Below, piece by piece: positions 31,753 to 40,160 of a stretch of 64,000 nucleotides of DNA (the first letter of the stretch is position 1; each line of letters begins with the position of its first letter). Source of the DNA: Halioglobus sp. (GTDB lineage Bacteria; Pseudomonadota; Gammaproteobacteria; Pseudomonadales; Halieaceae); contig OZ245784.1 in assembly GCA_965227955.1 (NCBI GenBank), positions 2,206,031 to 2,270,030 on the forward strand, in the 5' to 3' direction. The notes under the pieces are model-generated. The model worked only from the letters and a program-made list of their open reading frames with translations, did no database searches and had not been told where the DNA came from. The translations under genes were made by a program, and so were the position numbers.

Positions 31753-33711
31753 TCAGCCGTCGGCACCGACCAGCAGTTTTTCGAGGGCCGGCCTTGTCGA
31801 ACGCGAGCGGGGCGCGGGACCGAAGCCGAGGCGACCCATGTAGACCCTCCCCGCCTCGTTGCCGCGATCACCGAGCAGATCGGCGAGCTGGCCGGAGAGC
31901 CGCTCCGCGAGCGCCTGCTCGCCGGCGACCGCGGTGAACTGCATGCCCCGATGCACGTACCTCGAGAAGATCACCGGGGTCATCTCCGGTTGCAACTGCA
32001 GGTTCTGTCGGGTCGCCTCCAGCCAGAATCGCTGCACGGCGCGGCCGCCAGCGATAAAGTCGTCCACCCCGGCCAGGGGACGGTCGGCGACGATGGCGAA
32101 GTGTGCGCCGCAGCGCAGCCCGGTGGCGAGGTCCATCTGCAAGCGCGGCAACCAGGTGCCGGCGAAGAAGCGGTTGAGCACCTTGACGCGTCCCCAGCTG
32201 CCCAGCGCCCAGCGCATGATACGCCGGGTCAGCGGGTCGACACCCAGCGCGTACTCCGGGAGGCGGTCCTCGCTGTAGCGCGCACCCCACTCGATGTTCT
32301 GCCGGTGCACCTCGTAGGCCTCGGGCGTCGCCAGGCGGATGTGGGCGTTGTGAAACAACAGCTTCGCGACGCTTCGCCGCACAGCGCCCTCCAGCCAGAT
32401 GACCCGGTAGCCCTCGCCGACGGCCGACTCCAGTGCCCCCTTTTGCGTCGCCGACAGCGGCCGCGTGGACAGTGGCCGGCGCTGCGTGGTGCGCGCGGCG
32501 ACGAAAGGCAGCAGCGGGCTCGGCGCCACACCCTCTCCCGCCGCCAGCTCGACATCGATGCGCAAGGCGGTGTCGGGCGTATCGGGGCGACGCCGGCACC
32601 GGGCGATCATCCCCTCCCCCGACGCCGCTATTTCGATGGACTCCAGCAGCGCGCCGACCGCTATCTGGCTGGAGGTGCCGTCGAGGTCGTAGACACACCA
32701 GTCACGGGTGTCGTGGGCGTGCACGACCGCGCGGCTGTCGTCCACGATCTCGAAGCGCCAGGGTTGCTCGTTGTCCCCGCTCGGCGCCCAGCGCGCAATG
32801 TCGAGTACGCGCTCGATCCCTCGCTGCCGCGGCGCGCCGGTGCCCGGCGCGGTCTCGCCCTTGGCCATGACCATACGCCGCGCCACCGCCAGGCCGAGGC
32901 GCTGCAGCGGATTGTTGTTGCCCCAGGGCCGCCAGGTGGTGGCCAGGCGGTTGCGGTAGGCATCGAAATGGATGCCGCGCGGCGCCAGCGGCACCGGGCC
33001 GCGGTCCAGCAGCAGCTTGAGCGCGAAGGTACCGGCAAATCCCGCGCACAACTCGCAGGCCATCGGCGTCGACGGGCCCTTGCGGGCGTTGAAATCGACC
33101 CGGGTGTCGTCGGCGAGGTAGGACATCTGCAGGCGCGCCGGCGCCAGTCCCAGCATGAAGCGCAGGGCCTGCTCGTCCGCGTCCCGGCCCGCCATGCGAA
33201 AATAGTCCTCGTAGCTCATACCCCCCGGGGCGAACACCAGCAGCGCTGCGCCCATACCGAGCGGCGCGGCGGTCACCGCCGGTATGCCGCGCTGCGCGCA
33301 GCCTGCGAAAACCTGGTTGCGGATATCCAGCGCGAAGAAATCCAGGCTGTCGACGTAAAGGTCCACGCCGTCCAGGAAGCGATCGAGATTCTGCGCGCTC
33401 ACGCCCTCCTCGAAGCGGGCGATGTCGAGCCCCGGGTTGATGTCGAGCGCGGCCTCCGCCAGGACGTCGACCTTGGGGCGGTCCAGGTTGCTGACGAAGG
33501 CGCCGGCCTGGCGGTTGAAATTCTGGATTTCGAAGCGGTCGAAGTCGGCGATAGTGAAGTTGCCGATCCCCAGGCGCGTCAGCGTCAGCAGGTGGCTCCC
33601 GCCGACGCCGCCGAGACCCGCGATGGCGACGCGCTTGCCGCGCAGGATCTCCTGTTCCGCCTCGGTGACCCAGCCGATGTTGCGGGAAAAGGCTGCGCGG
33701 TAATCAAACAT
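31753..33711 (-). CDS. ThiF/MoeB-type E1-like adenylyltransferase fused to a nitroreductase-like (Acg-type) FMN domain
   Basis: N-terminal half: GKRVAIAGLGGVGGSHLLTLTRLGIGNFTIADFDRFEIQNFNRQ (E1 nucleotide-binding fold). C-terminal half: LDIARWAPSGDNEQPWRF plus a second nitroreductase-like lobe. A single 652-codon ORF. Confidence 0.75.
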   Translation of the reverse strand: MFDYRAAFSRNIGWVTEAEQEILRGKRVAIAGLGGVGGSHLLTLTRLGIGNFTIADFDRFEIQNFNRQAGAFVSNLDRPKVDVLAEAALDINPGLDIARFEEGVSAQNLDRFLDGVDLYVDSLDFFALDIRNQVFAGCAQRGIPAVTAAPLGMGAALLVFAPGGMSYEDYFRMAGRDADEQALRFMLGLAPARLQMSYLADDTRVDFNARKGPSTPMACELCAGFAGTFALKLLLDRGPVPLAPRGIHFDAYRNRLATTWRPWGNNNPLQRLGLAVARRMVMAKGETAPGTGAPRQRGIERVLDIARWAPSGDNEQPWRFEIVDDSRAVVHAHDTRDWCVYDLDGTSSQIAVGALLESIEIAASGEGMIARCRRRPDTPDTALRIDVELAAGEGVAPSPLLPFVAARTTQRRPLSTRPLSATQKGALESAVGEGYRVIWLEGAVRRSVAKLLFHNAHIRLATPEAYEVHRQNIEWGARYSEDRLPEYALGVDPLTRRIMRWALGSWGRVKVLNRFFAGTWLPRLQMDLATGLRCGAHFAIVADRPLAGVDDFIAGGRAVQRFWLEATRQNLQLQPEMTPVIFSRYVHRGMQFTAVAGEQALAERLSGQLADLLGDRGNEAGRVYMGRLGFGPAPRSRSTRPALEKLLVGADG

Positions 33712-33766
33712 CGTTGCGCACGCGTCTTACCCGTGCAGACCCGGCCCGCCGCGATGCGCGAGGTAA

Positions 33767-34513
33767 TCAGCCACCATAACCCCGGGCGATGCGCTCGTGC
33801 ACCTCGAGATAAAGCTCCTTCAGGTCCGGCCGCATGTTGTCGAGGGCCGACTGAGTGCGGATGAAGTAGGGGGCGCGCATGCCGTGATAGTCGATGTCCT
33901 GGCCCACCCGATCGAACACAATGCCCGAGCGCTGCAGCAGCCGCGGCAGGAAAGGCTCCATCATGGCGAAGACATCCGTGCGGCCGGAGATTGCGGTCAG
34001 CGCAGTCGCCGCGAGAAAACAGGTGACGGCTATCATGGAGAAAGTACGGCGCTCCTGCTGCGAGCAGTCCAGGCCCTCGATTTCACCGAAGCGCGTCACA
34101 CTCTCCCCCGAGCGCCGCCGGAACGCGCCGTCCACCGCGAGCCGCGAGATTTCGCAGACCCGGCCGCGATCGACCTGCAGCGCCCCCAGCCGCTCGAGGT
34201 CGAGGCTCTCGGCGCAGTTCTTCTCGAAAGGCAGCGGGTCGGCGCCCCCGTCACCGGTGGGCAATACCATGCGCACACACCCGGCGGCCAGGCCGGAGGA
34301 CTTGTGGAGGATCACCGCGTGTACGGAGGTCGCGTCAAACTCGTCGGTTTCCTGGCCGTTCGGAAAGGCCTCTGCGGGTTCGTAACCGAACTCCTGGCAG
34401 TAAACCCGGTAGCGGATACCGAAGACCTCGTCGCGCTGGGACTCGGACGCGGCGAAGTCCACGTCGAAATAGCGCAGGAAATTCTCACTCAATGGATAGC
34501 GCATGCTTCCCAC
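33767..34513 (-). CDS. PEP-CTERM/exosortase-system-associated acyltransferase (FeeM/LuxI-like N-acyl amino acid synthase family)
   Basis: Segments FGIRYRVYCQEFGYE, AAGCVRMVLP and VCEISRLAVDGAFRRR match what I recall of the TIGR03694-type family. GTG start at 34513, or ATG at 34504. Confidence 0.75.
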   Translation of the reverse strand: MGSMRYPLSENFLRYFDVDFAASESQRDEVFGIRYRVYCQEFGYEPAEAFPNGQETDEFDATSVHAVILHKSSGLAAGCVRMVLPTGDGGADPLPFEKNCAESLDLERLGALQVDRGRVCEISRLAVDGAFRRRSGESVTRFGEIEGLDCSQQERRTFSMIAVTCFLAATALTAISGRTDVFAMMEPFLPRLLQRSGIVFDRVGQDIDYHGMRAPYFIRTQSALDNMRPDLKELYLEVHERIARGYGG

Positions 34514-34644
34514 AGCCCTGGTATCTCCCCTTTTATTATTTCACCCGCGTCCCCGCGGACAGTGTATCCAATTTTGACGGGCAAGTGCTCGGCATTTGCG
34601 CGGTCGGAGGTCCTGCAGGCCGGTAATAATGCCGCTTCCGCGGG

Positions 34645-35154
34645 CTAGCGCCCCCCCTGTACCCCCAGGTGCGCCTCCAGGTGGGGCAGGAACCCGGCCA
34701 TCGCCCGGTGCAGCAGGACGAGCACCTCCTCGAAGCCGCTGAGGCTGCCGTAGTAGGGATCGGGAATATCGCCGACGTCGCCCTCGGGGCACCAGGAGCC
34801 GAGCAGGGAGACGCGGCGCCTCAGGTGTACCGGGGCATTCTCCTGAAGCCACTCCAGGTTGCGGCTGTCCATCGCCAGGATAAAGTCAAAGCGCGAAAAG
34901 TCCTCCCCGACCACCTGCCGCGCCCGTGTGCGGCGCAGGTCGATGCCCTCCCGGGCGCAGACCTGTTGTGCGCGGCCGTCAGCGGGATGCCCCGGCTGCG
35001 TCGCGTTGGTGCCCGCCGAGTCCAGGCGCACCTTGCGCTTCAGCCCGCGCAGCGCGAGCTCCTCCCGCAGCAGTCCCTCGGCCATTGGCGAGCGGCAGAT
35101 GTTTGCGGTACAAACCAGCAGGACCGACGCGGAGTAGCGCGCTGCGAAAATCAT
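34645..35154 (-). CDS. Low-molecular-weight protein-tyrosine phosphatase (Wzb-like)
   Basis: P-loop VCTANICRSP (CX5R) and Asp loop DIPDPYYG. Confidence 0.9.
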   Translation of the reverse strand: MIFAARYSASVLLVCTANICRSPMAEGLLREELALRGLKRKVRLDSAGTNATQPGHPADGRAQQVCAREGIDLRRTRARQVVGEDFSRFDFILAMDSRNLEWLQENAPVHLRRRVSLLGSWCPEGDVGDIPDPYYGSLSGFEEVLVLLHRAMAGFLPHLEAHLGVQGGR

Positions 35155-35221
35155 GGATCGCCCCGGGACAACACGGCGCCAGTATACGGGTTAAGCGGGT
35201 GCGCTCGCCACGCCGCGAACG

Positions 35222-36352
35222 TCAGGGGTGGGCATTCCCACGTGTCTCACTGTAGCGCGTAATCAGCCAGGCCATCGTCGGGAACAGCAGCGGATCGGTC
35301 AGGGCCGGCGTACCGGCGCCGACATAGCGCTGCACCCACTCGATCAACAGCAGGCCCAGCGCGATCGCCAAAACCCGCGGCGCGGCGGGCGGTCGACCCG
35401 CGACCAGCAACAGTGCCACGGCGCCGAACACGAATATCTTGCGGCACAGGGCCTGGGCGTTGACCAGCATCGAGCCCTGCAGGTAACCGATGAAGGGCAG
35501 CCAGCCGAACTCGCGACTCTCCTCCCTGAGGTGCAGCGGGCCGATCGCGTCCACGGCAAAGGCGATGCAGAGTCCCCAGCCCAGCGTCACACCCGATACC
35601 CGCCCGTTCACCGCGGGCCACAGGACCAGCGCGAGGACCACCGACACCACCGCGGTCAGGCTGAGGTGATTCTCGATGATGACCAGCTGCAGGGTGAGTA
35701 CCGCGAGCGCCCCGGCGACAAGCGTCGTCCCGCGCAAACGCAGGCCCGCCCAGTGTGCGAGCAGGTGCAGGAAGACCAGCCAGGAGAGCGTGGTCACCAG
35801 GCACGCCTGCCAGGAAAATCGCAGCAGGGGCCATAGGGGGAACAGCGCCTCGCGCCATGCCTGCGGATCCAGGGACGGCACAAAGGGAACGAGCTGGCTG
35901 GCGAGCCAGAACCCGGCAATCACCAGGGGCAGGTGACGCGCGGTATCCTCGCCCCTGCCCCCCAGTGGCAGGACCCGGCCGGTAAGCCAGCCCAGGGCGC
36001 CGCCGAGCACATTGACATAGAAGTCGAAAATCGACGGGTCACGGCCGGGTGTGAACAGCTGGCCGAGCTGGCACGCGGCGGAGAGGAGCACGCCGCCCAG
36101 AGCCAGCGCCAGTGCACCGCGTGCGCCGCCGCGCGCGGCGAGCAGGCAGGCCAGGTAGCCGTAGGGGAAAAACAGCACCAGGTTGCCGAGGATGTCGCCG
36201 ATACTGTTGACCTCCCGCCACGAGGCGAGGAAGCCGGCCCAGACGGTCTCGTCCACCGGCAGTGTGAACCAGAACGGGAACAGGGACCCGTAGAGGATGC
36301 CCAGACACACCAGGGCGAAGAGGGGCTGCAGTACGGAACGCTGCCGGCTCAA
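35222..36352 (-). CDS. VanZ-like polytopic membrane protein with extra C-terminal TM domain
   Basis: VanZ-type motif SIGDILGNLVLFFPYGYLA within 3-4 N-terminal TM helices, followed by about 6 more TM helices. TTG start, so the start is uncertain. Confidence 0.6.
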   Translation of the reverse strand: MSRQRSVLQPLFALVCLGILYGSLFPFWFTLPVDETVWAGFLASWREVNSIGDILGNLVLFFPYGYLACLLAARGGARGALALALGGVLLSAACQLGQLFTPGRDPSIFDFYVNVLGGALGWLTGRVLPLGGRGEDTARHLPLVIAGFWLASQLVPFVPSLDPQAWREALFPLWPLLRFSWQACLVTTLSWLVFLHLLAHWAGLRLRGTTLVAGALAVLTLQLVIIENHLSLTAVVSVVLALVLWPAVNGRVSGVTLGWGLCIAFAVDAIGPLHLREESREFGWLPFIGYLQGSMLVNAQALCRKIFVFGAVALLLVAGRPPAAPRVLAIALGLLLIEWVQRYVGAGTPALTDPLLFPTMAWLITRYSETRGNAHP

Positions 36353-36405
36353 GGAGATCTCGCCGGGTTCGACCGGCTCACCGGGCGGCCGCGGCCATGC
36401 CCCGC

Positions 36406-37206
36406 TCAGGGCGTCTCGAGGAGCCGGTGTACATATTCCGCCGGTATGGCGAAGGTGATGCCGGTGGGCTGCGAGAGCATCGATTCCCGGCTCTCCTTGA
36501 CCATCACGCTGTTGATGACGCCGATGACCCGGCCCGTCTCGAGTTCAAACAGCGGGCTGCCGCTGTTGCCCGGGTAGGCGGTGGCATTGAGCTGGAAGAC
36601 ATTGAAGCTCTCGCGCAACAGGCGTATGTGCACATCCTCGAGGTCCCGGGCGTTCTCCAGCGGGCGCGCTATGGGTGTGATCGCCGCGACGATACCGTGG
36701 TGCGTGGCCGGGTAGAGTCCGAGCACGTTGCCGATGGGGAATCCGGTAAAGGCGACCGCCTGGCCCTCGCGCACCCGGTCCGACTCTCCCAGTTCGAGGG
36801 CGGGCACCGGCTCGCCATCAAAGCGCAACAGGGCGAGATCCCGCGTGTCATCCCGGTGCACCTCCGTCGCGGGCCGCACCCTGGCACGCGCGCCGCGCCC
36901 GGTGAACACTGCCAGTATCTGGTTGTTGTCGACATCGAGAGCGTCGGGAACGACGTGGGCGTTGGTGACCACGTGGCGACCGTCGCCGACCACGAAGCCC
37001 GTGCCGTGGTAAACCACGGGGTCGCGGCCACCGGTCGGCTGTCGCGGTGGGTAGACCGCACCGATCGCCACTATCGAGGGGCGGATGCGCTCGACAAGTT
37101 CCGGCAGGCCGTCGCCGCGTGCCACCTGTGCCAGGCAGAGCATCAAGGAAAGGAAAGCCAGGCGAATCAAGCTGTGTTCTCCGTCACAGTTCACGTTGGC
37201 GCACAT
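36406..37206 (-). CDS. Secreted trypsin-like (S1/DegP-core, no PDZ) serine protease
   Basis: Signal peptide LIRLAFLSLMLCLAQVARG. Catalytic contexts TNAHVV (His), DLALLRF (Asp) and GNSGSPLF (Ser). Only the last 266 codons of the 889-aa track ORF are credible. Confidence 0.8.
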   Translation of the reverse strand: MCANVNCDGEHSLIRLAFLSLMLCLAQVARGDGLPELVERIRPSIVAIGAVYPPRQPTGGRDPVVYHGTGFVVGDGRHVVTNAHVVPDALDVDNNQILAVFTGRGARARVRPATEVHRDDTRDLALLRFDGEPVPALELGESDRVREGQAVAFTGFPIGNVLGLYPATHHGIVAAITPIARPLENARDLEDVHIRLLRESFNVFQLNATAYPGNSGSPLFELETGRVIGVINSVMVKESRESMLSQPTGITFAIPAEYVHRLLETP

Positions 37207-37317
37207 TGTCCCGTCCCGTTTTTCGTTCGACAATCCGCCGTATTGCCGGGTATGGACATGGGCTACAATAGCTGTTTTCGCCCGCAAATCCCACAGGATC
37301 CCACCGACACCGGAACC

Positions 37318-38919
37318 ATGCCCGACCTGATACACGAGTTTATCGAGCACAGTGCTCAGGTCTCGCCGGACGCCACCGCACTGCTCTTCAAGGACCACAC
37401 GCGAAGCTACGCTGAACTGTGGACGGACGTGCAGCGGGTCGCTGGCGCCCTCATCGATATGGGCATCGGTGCCGGCGAGCGCGTCGCGGTCTACCTGCCG
37501 AAACAGTTCGAGACCGTTGCCGGACTGTTCGGCGCCGCGGCTGCGGGTGCCAGTTTCGTCCCCGTCAATCCACTGCTCAAAGCGCGCCAGCTCGCCCACA
37601 TTCTGCCCCACTGCAACGTGCGCGTGCTGATCACGTCGGCGCAGCGACTGGAGGGCATTCGCGAAGTGCTGGACGACTGCCCGGACCTGCACACGGTGGT
37701 ACTGACCAACTGCGAGGCGGGCGCAGCGGCGGCGCTGCCAAAACAGGGTTTTCTCGCCTGGGACGACTTCACCTCGCGCGGCCATCCCGGCGCCGGACAC
37801 CGGCGCATCGACACAGACATGGCCGCCATCCTCTATACCTCCGGCAGCACCGGCAACCCGAAGGGCGTGGTCCTGTCCCACCGCAACATGGTGGCCGGTG
37901 CGCACAGCGTGGCGACCTACCTCGGCAACACGGCCGCCGATCGCCTCCTCGGCGTCCTGCCCCTGAGCTTCGACGCGGGCCTGAGCCAGCTCACCACGGC
38001 GTTCTCCGTCGGCGCCTCGGTGGTCCTCATGGACTACCTCCTGCCCCGGGACGTACTGCGCGCGGTGGCCCGGCACGGCGTCACCGGGCTCGCGGCGGTA
38101 CCGCCACTGTGGAACCAGCTGCGCGACCTGGAATGGCCGCCGGAAGCGGCCGCCTCGCTGCGCTATATCACCAACACCGGCGGCAAGATGCCCGTGGCGA
38201 CAACCCGCGCACTGCAGGCGGCGCTCCCGGACACCGCCGTGTTCCTGATGTACGGCCTCACCGAGGCCTTCCGCTCCACCTACCTGCCCCCCGACCAGGT
38301 AGACGTGCGACCCGACTCCATCGGTGTGGCGATCCCCAACGCGGAGATACTCGTGGTGGACGAACACGGCAGGGAGTGCGGCCCGGAGGAACCGGGAGAA
38401 CTGGTGCACCGGGGCGCGCTGGTCTCGCTCGGTTACTGGAACGACCCGGAGAAAACCGCCGCGCGCTTCAAGCCCGCCCCGGGACGCCCCGGCGAGATAC
38501 CCACCGAGGAACTGGCGGTGTGGTCCGGCGACCAGGTGAAAAGGGATGCCGAGGGTTACCTCTATTTCATCACCCGCCAGGACGAGATGATCAAGACCTC
38601 GGGTTACCGCGTCAGCCCCACCGAGGTGGAGGAGGTGGCCTTCGGTTCCGGACTGGTCAGCGGCGCCGCGGCTCTCGGCCTGCCCCACGAGGCGCTGGGC
38701 CAGGCCATCCTGCTGGTGGTTACCGCGGCGGGCACCGGGACCGGGGAGGACAGCCTGGAGGACACGCTGCTCGCCCACTGCCGTCGCGAGCTGCCCAACT
38801 ACATGGTGCCCCTGGCGATCGCGGCCCGCGACGCCATGCCCCACAACCAGAACGGCAAGATCGACCGCCGCGCCCTCGCCGACGAGTACGGCGACATGTT
38901 CCAGGAGGCCGCGCGTTGA
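37318..38919 (+). CDS. Acyl-CoA ligase (AMP-forming), exosortase-A-system-associated type
   Basis: AMP-binding motifs LYTSGSTGNPKGV, YGLTE and GDQVKRDAEGYLYFITRQDEMIKTSGYRV. The ATG at 37318 is in frame within the longer track ORF. Confidence 0.85.
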   Translation: MPDLIHEFIEHSAQVSPDATALLFKDHTRSYAELWTDVQRVAGALIDMGIGAGERVAVYLPKQFETVAGLFGAAAAGASFVPVNPLLKARQLAHILPHCNVRVLITSAQRLEGIREVLDDCPDLHTVVLTNCEAGAAAALPKQGFLAWDDFTSRGHPGAGHRRIDTDMAAILYTSGSTGNPKGVVLSHRNMVAGAHSVATYLGNTAADRLLGVLPLSFDAGLSQLTTAFSVGASVVLMDYLLPRDVLRAVARHGVTGLAAVPPLWNQLRDLEWPPEAAASLRYITNTGGKMPVATTRALQAALPDTAVFLMYGLTEAFRSTYLPPDQVDVRPDSIGVAIPNAEILVVDEHGRECGPEEPGELVHRGALVSLGYWNDPEKTAARFKPAPGRPGEIPTEELAVWSGDQVKRDAEGYLYFITRQDEMIKTSGYRVSPTEVEEVAFGSGLVSGAAALGLPHEALGQAILLVVTAAGTGTGEDSLEDTLLAHCRRELPNYMVPLAIAARDAMPHNQNGKIDRRALADEYGDMFQEAAR

Positions 38920-40160
38920 ACGAGGAGCAAACGGCGGACACCGCCCCGCGCCACGCGGCCATGGACCAGTTCCCGGTAGTCGATAACTGCCTGCAGGTCG
39001 GCGGTAGGCCCCTGACGGAGCTCGCCGCCGCGGGCACGCCGTTTTTCGCCTACGACGGCGCCGTGATGAAGGCACAGGTGGACCGGCTGCGCGCGGCGAT
39101 GCCCGGGGGCCTGCACCTGCACTACGCCATCAAGGCCAACCCGATGCCCGAGGTGGTGAGCCACCTCGCCGCCCTGACCGACGGCCTGGACGTGGCCTCC
39201 GCGGGGGAACTGCGCGCGGCCCTCGCGACCGGCACCGAACCCCGGCACATCAGTTTCGCGGGCCCGGGTAAATCCGCCGAGGACCTGGAGCTGGCCCTCG
39301 AGGCAGGCGTGATCATCAACCTCGAGTCCGAGCGCGAGATGGCGAAGGTGGCAGCCCTCGCCGAGCGCAGCGGGATTCGGCCGCCGGTCGCCATCCGGGT
39401 CAACCCGGATTTTGAACTGAAGGCCGCCGGCATGAAGATGGGCAGCGGCCCCAAACCGTTCGGTGTGGACGCGGAGCGCGTCCCCGCCATGCTCGGGGCC
39501 CTCGCCACGCTGCCCCTGGAGTTCGTCGGCTTCCACATTTTCTCCGGGTCGCAGAACCTGCGTCCCGAGGCCATCATCGACGCCCAGTCGCAGACCTTCG
39601 ACCTCGCCTTCGCCCTGGCTGAACACGCTCCCGGCCCGGTGCGCTGGCTGAATGTCGGCGGCGGGCTCGGGGTGCCGTACTTCCCGGGTGAGCAACGGCT
39701 GGACCTGGCGCCGATCGCCGCGCGCATGGAGGCCCTGCTGCAGTCTGCCGCCGAGCGGCTGCCGGGGGTCGAGGTCGTCATGGAACTCGGCCGCTACCTG
39801 ACCGCCGAAGCGGGCGTGTACGTCTGCGCGGTCGTCGAGCGCAAGGCGTCGCGGGGGGAGACCTTCCTCGTGACCGACGGCGGGCTCCACCACCACCTGG
39901 CCGCCTCGGGCAACTTCGGCCAGGTCATCCGCAAGAACTACCCGCTCGCCCTGGGCAATCGCGTCGACGACGGCGCCGGCGAGGTGGTCAACGTGGTCGG
40001 GCCACTGTGCACCCCGCTGGACCTGCTGGGCGACACGGTGACACTGCCGCGCGCCGACGAGGGCGACCTCGTCGTGGTGTTCCAGTCCGGCGCCTATGGC
40101 TACTCCGCCAGTCCCCGCGACTTCCTGAGTCATCCACAGCCGCGGGAAATCTTCCTCTGA
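38916..40160 (+). CDS. PLP-dependent decarboxylase (Orn/DAP/Arg decarboxylase fold), exosortase-A-system-associated type
   Basis: Motifs HYAIKANP (PLP Lys), GFHIFSGSQ and GGGLGVPY. AGGAGG lies 8 nt before the TTG at 38916, which overlaps the ligase stop. Alternative ATG at 38961. Confidence 0.85.
   Translation: MNEEQTADTAPRHAAMDQFPVVDNCLQVGGRPLTELAAAGTPFFAYDGAVMKAQVDRLRAAMPGGLHLHYAIKANPMPEVVSHLAALTDGLDVASAGELRAALATGTEPRHISFAGPGKSAEDLELALEAGVIINLESEREMAKVAALAERSGIRPPVAIRVNPDFELKAAGMKMGSGPKPFGVDAERVPAMLGALATLPLEFVGFHIFSGSQNLRPEAIIDAQSQTFDLAFALAEHAPGPVRWLNVGGGLGVPYFPGEQRLDLAPIAARMEALLQSAAERLPGVEVVMELGRYLTAEAGVYVCAVVERKASRGETFLVTDGGLHHHLAASGNFGQVIRKNYPLALGNRVDDGAGEVVNVVGPLCTPLDLLGDTVTLPRADEGDLVVVFQSGAYGYSASPRDFLSHPQPREIFL

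Noticed and set aside
35222-36352. Considered whether this polytopic membrane protein is the missing exosortase (XrtA/EpsH).
   Set aside because: Its N-terminal motif (D-x3-N-x3-F-x-P-x-G) fits VanZ-like proteins. I could not see the conserved Cys/Arg/His exosortase signature. Without an HMM search I cannot exclude a distant relationship.
36406-39075. 889-aa minus-strand ORF as a single gene.
   Set aside because: Only the last 266 codons (from the ATG at 37206) have a signal peptide and serine-protease motifs. The upstream part is antisense to the well-supported acyl-CoA ligase and looks like shadow ORF.
36397-40160. Long N-terminal extensions of the ligase (from 36397) and the decarboxylase (from 37419) in the ORF track.
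   Set aside because: The extensions overlap other credible genes and have a nonsense-like composition. Internal starts at 37318 and 38916/38961 give proteins of canonical length.
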